The notes beneath the pieces are model-generated. The model was not told the origin of the DNA. It did not search any database and was given only the letters and a program-made list of their open reading frames with translations. Below are positions 49,901-59,919 of a stretch of 64,000 nt of DNA, piece after piece. The stretch lies in NCBI GenBank assembly GCA_002189035.1, contig NEEC01000014.1:2728001-2792000 (forward strand), given 5' to 3'. The translations under genes were made by a program, and so were the position numbers. The stretch comes from Utricularia gibba (lineage: Eukaryota; Plantae; Magnoliophyta). Position 1 is the stretch's first letter. Every line of letters starts with the position of its first letter.

Positions 49901-52900
49901 TTATGTGCAATGGCTTGTGCTTGAAACACAACATCTGATGGCTCTTCTCTCCATTTCAAGCGATCCCCATGTGCTTGCAATGAACTATACAACTCTTCAA
50001 TTGTTAGATCACTAACTTTATTAGCCTCTTTTATGACTACAACAATATGATCAAATTTTGGCTACAAGGATCTTAGAATCTTCTCAAATATTCTTTCATT
50101 ACTAAGTTTATCCCCAAGCCGATTCATTTGATTAGTGATAGCTTGTACTCGAACACAAAAGTCCGTGATTGATTTTCAGCGCTTCTATTTTATAGCTTCA
50201 GAATCCCCATGTAGTATCTGCAATCGCAGCTTTTTCACACAATCAACCCCTTGAAATGAATTTTTCAAGGCATCTTATGACTGTTTAGAAGTTGTCGCTG
50301 CTGCATTTCGAAAAAGATATCATCCAAGGTTTGATATAGAAGAGACAATGCCTTCTTGCTCCTCCATTGTACTGCCGCATTAGATCCTAAGGCTTCGATG
50401 GTGATAGCATCCAAACACTCATAGGCACCCAATAAAGCCCCTATGCGTACACCAATTTTCATAGTTGTCCTTTGTAAGGATAGGAACTGATAGATTGCCA
50501 TCATTAGACATCTTTGTAAACCAAGAATCGAGTAGCTTTGATACCACTTTGTTGCAAGAAAAAACTTTGATGCACAAATTAGAAGAAAATTTGTTCTCTT
50601 ATTTCCTCATAGCAATAGTAGTACATAGGAGTGTTTATATAGCTACGCTATACAATAAGTATTATCCAAATAAAACTGCTAAACAACTAACTAAAACTAC
50701 ACTCCCTTATCCTATTATAGGTTCTTCAGATGCAGCTACGTTGGATGGCACATCAAATGAAGGATCAATCTTGTGACACATATTTTTTATGGTGTTTTAA
50801 TTCACATAATTAGGATTATTTAATATAAAATTTGAAGTTCTTGAGTATAAATTCTAATATTTTACAATTCTAATAGTATTATTAATTTTGTCTATTAGAG
50901 TGGATTAAATCATTGATTTAATCTACTTTGCCCTTGCAATAATATTTGTATTCAAGTTTGGTAGCAATTTTTATTTAGATCAATTTTCACTAGCATTCAT
51001 TTGAATTCCAAACAGAGGGAGTGAGCTTTAAGAGAAAAATAGAAGAAAGGTAGAGGATTCTTGTATTGTTAATGGTATAAAGATTTCAGAGGATAAACTT
51101 CTAATAAAGGTAAGCTATTATTGTAATTTTGATTTTGCACAAAAAGAGGAAGTAGATAGAAGAAATAAAATCATCAATCCTAAAGAGAGGACAAAGCAAT
51201 GATGATCCCTCAAAGTACTATTTTGATATTCAATCATGAGTTGCGTGGAGTACAATTTGAAATTTAACATCATCTTATTCATGACCTAGTCAAAAACGAA
51301 ATCATTAAGTCAGAGCATTTTCTTTGTATCCTCAATTTCTACAAAAATTTTCAATTATATACATTTTTTCTATTTTAGAGACTGTTTGGATATGACGCTT
51401 TGTAAAATCTTGTTGATATATCAAACTTGATCTTAGCTTAAAGGTTTGTAAGTTGATGTAAGAGCCATAAAAAATTACGTTATGTTAAATGACACATGCT
51501 AATCACATGTTTGTTATTTAAAAATTAATTCATAGTAAAGAAACTTATCTATTAGGTGAATATACTGAATCCTATGATTGTAAAATGCAATATTATCCTT
51601 ATTTTTCAAAAAAAAATTATTCTAATCATCAATTTTGGATATTTTAATAATATTGTATATAAGTCTAATTTTTCTATCAAAAATATGATAATGAATTTTT
51701 ATTAAATAAAAATTTCAACAAAACATATTGATACTTTCAAATCATTTATTTTTATATAAATTAATTTAATTCATATTCAATATCAAATAAATTAAAACAT
51801 CCTACTAAATGAACTCTAAGTTGGTATGTAGTTTTTTTTTCTTATGAAGTTTCAGGCTTAAATTAAGGAGCTAGTCAATGTATGTTTTCAATTTTTTTTT
51901 TAAAGTCTTTACTCATGATGGCTAGAATTTTTTTGAAGATAGAGAATATATTCTTTAACTTGAGGCAAAATCTCAATATTTTTATTTATGTTTATTTATA
52001 GATATTGCTAGTTGGGGCTAGTTTTTTGGACAATATTTGATAACTACCAAGTTAAATGTGGTTGAATGCTACTGTCCTACATGGTTAGCACCTTGATTTA
52101 ATCATTGCTTCATGTTTATAATTTTCAAAATTATTTTATATATAATTAAGGAGAATTGTGAAGCAATTGGACCATGAGACAAATAATATATTTGTTGGGT
52201 TATGGAATTAATTTGTAAATGAATCTATTTGTTGTTTTCTTTTAATATATAAATAGAATATGCTAAAATAAAGAGGACTTGAGAGTGGATAAAAAAAAGA
52301 CAAGTAGTAGGAGCTTACACTACATACGTAGATTCTTTTGTGAGTTTGATTGTGTATTGTTAGTTATCGGTGATTCATGAAGTTTTCTCCTCTTTGATCA
52401 CATTTTTACTATCATGGTCTGGAGTTGATCACATTCATATTTAATATTGGCATTGGAATTTAGATTTCTCCTATTCTTGATACAAGATCACGGGGATTCA
52501 TCGATCTAGTAATGAATTAGAGTTTCACTTGATTTTTGTATTTTGGATGTCCATAAACTCAACTGATTTTTTTTTTTTACAAACTATGTAGATTGTTCCT
52601 GGATTGACTATTGACTTACAATTGTGTTCTTTTTTTCTAGTTTTTCAAATATGATTCAGGAATATACCACAATTTAGTTGTCTTAAAAAAACAATCAAAA
52701 TATAACAATTGTGAAAGAAAAACACCGGAAAAAGCCCATGATGTTACAAATGGAACAACACTTGGAAGCTCACAAAATTTTTAGAAAATGAAAAATAAAT
52801 AAAAGAAAATGGAGAGAACTTGAAAAGTATAAAACAATATTAGTTGTTAAAAATTTTACACAATAATAAGGCATCAACTCTACTAAGATATTTGCTCAGT

Positions 52901-54704
52901 TGCTCATTTAGATACCATTAGAATTACCATGGTTATTGCTATATCAAATGCGAATTATTTATCAGCTTAATGTTAAATCTACATTTTTACATAGAACGTT
53001 ATACAAGAATGTATTTGTTGAGCAGCTCAAGGGACTTAGGCCCCAAGAACATGGTTTAGTAAGCTTGAAACTCATTTTTTGAATGCTAGGTTTGAAAAGC
53101 TATTGTGGAATATACCCTATTCACAAAGAAAGCAATGAAAACAGATTGATAGCTTATATATACTTTGATGATTCATTGTATATAAAAAATAAATGAACAA
53201 CTGATGGAAAACGTCAAGGAGAATATGTAGCAAAGAGATATGACAAATCTTGTAAGAATGAGATATTATTGGGTATAGAAGTGATGTAAAGAGATGAAGA
53301 AATCTGCATATATCAAAGAAATTTGCTGAAGAAGTTCTTGAACGATTCAAAATGAATGAAAGTAGCATGGTAAGTACAACAATCATGGAGTATAAGCAAA
53401 AATGAGTGGGTCAGGTAGTAATGCAAGAACCTACCAACAAATAATTGAAAGCATGATGCATTTAACTAGAACTTGATCAAATTTTTGTCTAAGTTGTGGT
53501 TTTTCCAAGTATGTTTATGGAAAAGCCAAGAGATACTCATTTACATCGATTGAAAAGAACACTAAGATATCTACACAGAACTCTTAATATGATACTTTTT
53601 ACAAGAGTGAGGAAAGGGCTAAAACTCAAAGCTTATACAAATAGCAACTATGCAGGTAACCTAGATGACAAGAAAAGCACATCATGGTATGGTTTCAAGA
53701 TGAGCCGAGGAGTTGTACTTTATTTCTCCAAGAAACAACCAATGGTTACATTATTCACAAGTGAAGCAAAGTTCATACGTGTGGTTCAATGTGCATGTCA
53801 AGTTCTCTGGACTATTAGAATTATGAAAGCACTTAACTGCAGGCAAGCTGAATCATCGGTGATGATCCAACTTATAATAAAATACAAGTTGCATTCACTG
53901 TCACATAAGCAGCAAATATCACCTATCCATTGAAGATTGAGGAATTTGAAAAGTTAAGATCCAAGCTGAGAGTTAATATGGTGACCCTACGGTTCTAGAT
54001 TAAGCGAGGGATTGAAGGAAAAGTTGCCAAATGTTAGTTGATTTGATAGCTGAGTCACCGTCCTCCTCTTCACTTGTTTTAAGGTACTTGTTAGTTTGTT
54101 AATCGTGTCCATTGTGGGAGGCTTATTTAAAAGTCTGATTTTGAGTTGAGAGGGGGTTGAATTGAAGTGATGAGGCAGCAAGAAGCAGTTGAGAGGGTAG
54201 GATATTTTCGTCATTTACTGTGCTGTGCTGCTGGTCATATGGAAGGGCATGCCATCATAAATAGTGATGAGGCACCAAGAAGCAATTCCGCTTGTGCTAC
54301 TGCTGCCCACCCAATATGTATTGTACCCACTACACTACATTGGGGCGCACCGCACCGTACGCACTATTTTTGGTGGTGCGGCTGACTGTCAGCCGAGGCT
54401 CTGAGCAGATGTGGGGCCCCAGCGAATAAGATAAGAAACAAAAAGAAAAGGTAGGCCCGGTGGTTTGGGCCACCATAAAAACCCTAAACGCCTCCTCGTG
54501 CAAACGGCTCCAGAATCTCTCTTATCTGTCCGCATTTACCCTTTTTTCATGAACGTCGTGTCCCTCTCCTCACACCTCTTCCCGCTTTCCTCCAACTCCA
54601 ACTACCCATAACTCCCTCTACTCTATATATACGCACACGCACAGGGGCATGACTCTGCATGCGTGCTGCCCACCCGATCATTCTGCTGCCCGCGTATCAT
54701 AATA

Positions 54705-56091
54705 ATGGAGAAGAGCGTAAACTTGCTGTGCGCCGAGGACTTCTTGCGAGCGGGTACTCAGGACGATGACTGCATTTTCGATAGCATTGGAAACGATTTC
54801 TCGGGTTCGGACAACGACGATGACTTTCTTCTGCGGTGTCTTGTGGACAAAGAGGTCAACCATCTACCGGAGAAGGGCTACTCCCGTTTCGTTCAGGAGA
54901 ACGAGTCCGTCGCAATCTCCAGGTCTCGGGCTGTTTCTTGGATTCTCAGGGTAACGATTACTCGCACACAATGGCTTGTTGCTTTGACTGCTCTGCTCTG
55001 TTGATGCTAACTTGTGCAATTCTGTTGTAGTCACAAACGAGAATGAACCTCTCTGTCGGAACGGTTTTTACCGCAACCAATTACCTGGATCGGTTTATTT
55101 CTCTCACCCGGTGCCAAGTAGAGCCACAAAAACCTGTTTCTTCTTTACGGGTAAATATGGCAGCTTTACTGATGCATGAACGAATGTCAGGGTCGGCAGC
55201 GCTGGATGTTCGAACTGCTTGCCGTGGCCTGCTTGACTGTCGCTTCCAAGCTATCAGAGACGACTGCTCATCCGTTGCAGGATTTTCAGGTTTGTGTAGA
55301 CATTCCCGGAGCTTATTCCCGCGGAAATCCGATCTTGGACTGATGTGAGCGGTGCCGGTGAATGCAGATGGAGGGTCAGGAGAACGCGTTTGCTCCCAGT
55401 CTGATACAGAGGATGGAGCTGACTTTGTTGAAGACGCTGGGCTGGAGAATCGACTCCACCACCCCCTTTTCTTACATCCATTTGCTTGTCAAGTCCATCG
55501 ACGGAACCCTCGTCGGTGATTTCACGAAACACGTTACTCGCCGCCTTCTGGGTACTCTTTCAGGTGACCTGATTCTTAATCTTCATGCAGAGATAGATAC
55601 ACACTCGTTCCGGAACTCATCAGCTATAGCAACCCGTCACAGATCCGTCGTTTTTGGATTTCCGGCCATGCATTGTAACTGTATCAGCCATCAGATGCAC
55701 ATTCCAAGATATGTTCCCTTCGAAAAATGGTGCTTCACTGGAGCAGCTGGGTGCCATCATACCACAAAATCTCAAGGTAAATGAGCTTTCACAAGAACTC
55801 TTCCATTGACCTGCTGATGTGAAGTTCAATGACAGCGTGGGTTCGTTTTAGGGTGATCTGGTAAGGTGTCAAAGTATCATGCGGGAGAAGAAACTAATGG
55901 AGGTAGACAAGGATGCAAATGGTTCAGCCCTCATACGGTTCGCCCCTACGAGTCCGGTAACCGTGCTGAGGAAAGAAATGTTCGAGTCCGACGGCGACTG
56001 CAACGCCATGGGATTTCCTCCCATGAAGATGGAGAAAGATGGCAAGCCCTCAACAAGAACAAGCAGAAAAAGGAAGAGGGGAGAAGAATGA
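54705..56091 (+). CDS. CYCD7;1: D-type cyclin, CYCD7-like, 333 aa; exons 54705-54950, 55031-55117, 55191-55289, 55368-55563, 55643-55776, 55852-56091
   Basis: N-terminal LxCxE (LLCAE) and cyclin box RSRAVSWIL...NYLDRF...WMFELLAVAC...RMELTLLKTLGWR, with C-terminal PTSP. The subgroup call rests on recalled similarity. Confidence 0.88.
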
Positions 56092-56183
56092 CAAAACCCA
56101 ATCGTTATATAGACAGAAGTACTGTGACAAAATGTAGAAAGCAGTCAATATATATATAATATATGCTAAATGCCTGGTCTACT

Positions 56184-58286
56184 TTAGATGGCCCTGCATA
56201 TTCTGGTGTCAATAACGGGTACCTTGGGAGAAGTATTTGAAAATTCTAACGCCTCAGCCAGAGACATCCAACGGTTGCCCCATGCGCTTTCCGACCACTT
56301 CCTCAGTTTTTCACCTTCTTCTTTTCTCATCTGCTGCACTAGAAGTGCATCTGCGTACCCACCTTCAATAGCATAACTTAAAAGTTAGGATGAATCTGAA
56401 TGTACTAACAAGAAAAATGATACAGTATGGGCATTCTAGGTGAGACAAACCACGAGCAAGTGCAATTATGTCTCTTTTGGTAAAAACGGTACTCGAACCT
56501 GTAAAACGAATGAACGTTGATATTCTCAATGAAAGATGTCAGGGATAGGGTAATATTACATACCATCAGCATCCAACGGTGGAGCTTTAAGAAGCTCGAT
56601 TGCCCTTCGGAAAAGACCCTGTACAACATAGGTGAGAAATTATCAGTAAGTTTTAAGATTTCTTGGAGATCAACCAAGAATAAACAATTTGTCAGACCTC
56701 CTGAACTAAGAGCGAGCTTGAGTGCTCTGCCACTGCTTTCAATCTGTACATGAGAGCAATGCAGGTCAAAATTACACCAACCTTCGGGTGACGAGATCCT
56801 GTGCCAGGCAAAGTAAATTACATAATGCCTGGAGAATCACGATAAACAAGAAAATCTTACCAAAGTGCGCCTCTGCTTGCTTTAATGCTGCCGTCAATAG
56901 CTCCTCAGCTTCATTGAATTTCCTTAAGAAGTACAGGCATCAGAAATGGCAATCTGTGATTTATGATACTGGAGTGATGCAATAACATTCATCAAATTAC
57001 CCAGTATGGGCCTCAAGTTGTCCCAGTGCACAAGCAGCTGAGATGGCAATTTCCTCCTGCGTCATGTTACAAGCTCCAAGATTGTTTGGACTGCTGAAGT
57101 TTTTTATTCCAGGCATCTCATGAATCACCTTCTGATACAACTCCTTTGCAGCGTCGAAATCCCTCTTTCCATGAAGGAACACGCCATAAGATAAGGTAGC
57201 ATTCCCTGCATGTCACTTATTAACCAAGTGAGTAACGACACAAATGTATGAATAACCTTCTATGTAAGTGAATCCTCACCAGTGAAAGTTCTTTCATTGT
57301 TCATCCCTCAAAAAACTGTGCTGAAAGGACATAATATGAATCAATATATGATAAGAAACTGTCCAAAACCTATCCCTTTCCACATTCCTTGCCTGAGTTA
57401 AGATTTCCATATAGAAGCTCGATAAGACCCTTTAGAGCTTTAACACGAAGCTCCAGCACATCAAAGCCACCGATGCCTCGTATTTCTAAACGAACTGTGC
57501 CAAGTAGCCTTAGTGCAAGATCGGCAACAACCGATGCAGCATCCTCCTAATCAGAAAATACCCATATCAGGAAGCACCTATGCTACTACTACAAAAAAAC
57601 ATCCTTATTACCCAAAAACGCTTACCTGATGAAGCTCCAGGTAAACTCCCGCCATAGCTTCAGAAGCAGCAACTTACAGCAAACGCAGATATATATGTCA
57701 TTTGGTGTCAAAAGGGAAGAAAAAGAGCATACACTTAACCTTACTCTTAACAGCAATAGAGGACATGTTAAAGTCTTGAATTTTTCCAAGCCTCTCAATA
57801 GCTGCCTTATATGATCCTCTATTTCGTTAAACAAGAGAATAAGAACAAGTTCCTTTAGAAAAAAATTCGAGAAGCAAAGTCAAGGAAAATGCCTTTCAAA
57901 GAAGAGCGTAGAACGAGCAAGTTCGACCAGGCCTTTAGAATTATCATCCGTCTGAGTGGATTCACACTGTTCCAATATCAATAACCCGCGGGAAAGTGCT
58001 TCTTCTGCAATGACACATTCGTTTCCACGTAATCAAGTCCGAATCAAAAAGTTAGCGAAAGTTCACAATCATAAGCAGTATCATGATTTTCGCTACCCGT
58101 TTTGTCTGCACGGGCAATCCCCATGGCATATTTTATCATCTCAATAGCTACAGGATTGGATGGAAAACTCCCGTCCCTGTAAGATAAGTATCTGACGGCA
58201 GCACATGGCGTCGGCAGAGCCTCCGGAAGTCTCGAGCATATCCCATTTTTCAAAATTCTCGAAACTCTAGCTCCGAGCCTCATCAT
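56184..58286 (-). CDS. TPR-like helical-repeat protein (NDP1/At5g02130-like), 12 exons: 58286-58097, 58004-57893, 57818-57745, 57672-57626, 57546-57393, 57320-57280, 57205-57001, 56922-56861, 56798-56698, 56618-56564, 56498-56451, 56362-56184
   Basis: The spliced frame is continuous (GLLILEQC...ACALGQLEAHTGKFNEAEELLTAAL...HPKVGVILTCIALMY...GLFRRAIELLKAP...IIALARGGYA...VIDTRICR) once one C-run deletion at 57305-57307 is repaired. It needs two GC-AG introns. Confidence 0.85.
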
Positions 58287-58585
58287 TCTTCCGCTTAACC
58301 GTTTTCCTCCTGCCGCGGCGCAAAACCCAGATCCAAGAAATAAGATGGTTCCCAGTTGGGCTTCTCTTTTCCTATGGGCATTTTTAAGCAATTTAAGCAT
58401 GGAATGGTTCGGGTTCGGCCCAATGAATCCTGCGTGGACGAAAGTGGAGGAATACGTTTTAAGATAAGGATCCATCAAAGCTATTAACACGGGGCCCGCC
58501 TTATCTTCGTCGGGTCGCCCATAAAACGAGCCACGATCATCACAACTCACACTTGGATCAGCGCTATCCATCACGACGACTGCCA
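58287..58585. promoter_or_regulatory. Candidate bidirectional promoter (299 bp between ATGs) with site II motifs
   Basis: The ATGs at 58286 (-) and 58586 (+) are head to head. TGGGCT occurs at 58357 and GGCCCA at 58417. Confidence 0.55.
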
Positions 58586-59099
58586 ATGGCATCCCTAGTT
58601 CCCCATGTGCATCTCCTTTCCGCTGCGAATTCCTCCGATAAATTATCTCCATTCCTCCGCTGCGGCGCGAAAACGTCATGGAGCCCGAAGCGTTCTTCAA
58701 GAACCACCAAGAATCCGACTGTGGTGGCTGCAGTCGGTGATGTATCCTCTGAGGGAACAACCTACCTGATCGCCGGTGCTGCGGTGGTTGCATTGATCGG
58801 AACCGCTTTTCCAATCCTCTTCTCCCGCAAAGACCTGTGAGTGAGATAATCAAATCGGAAGCAGCTTAATCATATGCGTTTCTATTTGGTCGATTAGGAC
58901 TGATAATCGGATATAGAGAGGTAGAAATTGCCAACTCCCGTTCGCTTGGTTTGATTTCAGGTGTCCCGAGTGTGACGGCGCCGGTTTCGTGAGGAAAGCG
59001 GGGGCGACCCTGAGTGCGAACGCAGCAAGGAAGGATGTGGCTCAGATTGTGTGTCCACGGTGCAATGGTCTGGGGAAGCTCAACCAAATTGACAAATAG
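58586..59099 (+). CDS. FIP: Small chloroplast DnaJ-like zinc-finger membrane protein (FtsH5-interacting protein, At5g02160-like), 129 aa; exons 58586-58836 and 58961-59099
   Basis: Transit peptide, VVAAVGDVSSEGTTYLIAG...GTAFPILF transmembrane segment, and two CxxCxGxG motifs (CPECDGAG, CPRCNGLG). Confidence 0.88.
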
Positions 59100-59919
59100 G
59101 ATGGGCTCGTCTTTCGTAAATCTGGCGACAAGGAGGGATCCAGTTGAATGAATGTACCCAATCTTGTAATGGCTCCCATTTCTATTCATCCAGACATGAT
59201 GCAAATTTCTATGCTTTACACCCCACCACTCAGAGTGGGGATGGAGAACGGTTTAAAATTGGGGCATTTCGGTACACGTTACTCCCGAACGGATTCATAT
59301 TCAAAGCTTTCTAATATTTCGTAAGTTCAGAAACTCCAAATAGTTAATATTGTGCGACATCCCTCTCATATAATGGTTTTTTAACATTATGCTAATACTT
59401 TGAAACTGGAATCATGTACTTGTGCAAAATACTGGGGCATAAGAGTGACCAATTTGACTAAACATTTTATTTTTCACAAAATATTGTGAAAGGTATTATG
59501 TAGAAGTGAAATCAATCGGATAAATTGATCGAAAAAATAAAAAAATTACAATTTTGTATGTTTCAATTTAAAATAAGGATTAGGTGTATATTTAACTTTA
59601 AGAAAAAAATTACTATTTATCACAATAAATATAAAGAAATTTATTTTAGTAAATTATCAAATTTTTTATTCTTTTTCTGATAAGAAACATAAATAAAAAA
59701 AATAATATCATTCTTATTTTTCTATTTTACTTTCGAACTTGACTTGAGTTTTTATTAAATATTAGAACTCACTCAAATAGAATATGGAGTAGGGAGATTT
59801 TCTCTTTATTTAAAGAAGTAATGAGCATCTAAACTTAACAAATTATATACCTACAATCTATCATGCTTTTTTATAAAATTTGTGGGTCTCATATGAGGAG
59901 AAACTCATCAATTCTCCCC

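Larger units (their letters stand above)
42778..50750 (-). mobile_element. Decayed full-length Ty1/copia element B (3' LTR 42778-42997, 5' LTR 50550 to about 50750, outer end clipped)
   Basis: LTR pair TGTTGCAAGA..., PBS (TGGTATCAAAGC on the minus strand, about 50534-50546), PPT CTCCCCC at 42998, and gag, protease, integrase, RT and RNase H remnants in Copia order. Confidence 0.9.
41319..54163 (+). mobile_element. Old Ty1/copia element A: putative 5' LTR 41319-41553, gag 41570-42330, RT/RNase H 52870-53980, putative 3' LTR from 54013; hosts elements B and C
   Basis: PBS TGGTATCGGAGC at 41556, gag (NYWVMMIENLL; HKLGHYGSEC), RT (QLNVKSTFL), RNase H (YAGNLDDKKSTS) and a purine tract before 54013. 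Two LTR anchor blocks match at 23/30 and 35/44. Linking the two halves into one element is an inference. Confidence 0.6.

Noticed and set aside
17639-50546. tRNA-complementary motifs (TGGTATCA..., TGGCACCCACCGTG)
   Set aside because: These are retrotransposon primer-binding sites of 11-14 nt, not tRNA genes. I saw no tRNA, rRNA or CRISPR array in the window.
50760-52700. AT-rich interval that might hide another element or LTR
   Set aside because: I could not identify termini, a TSD or a coding motif.
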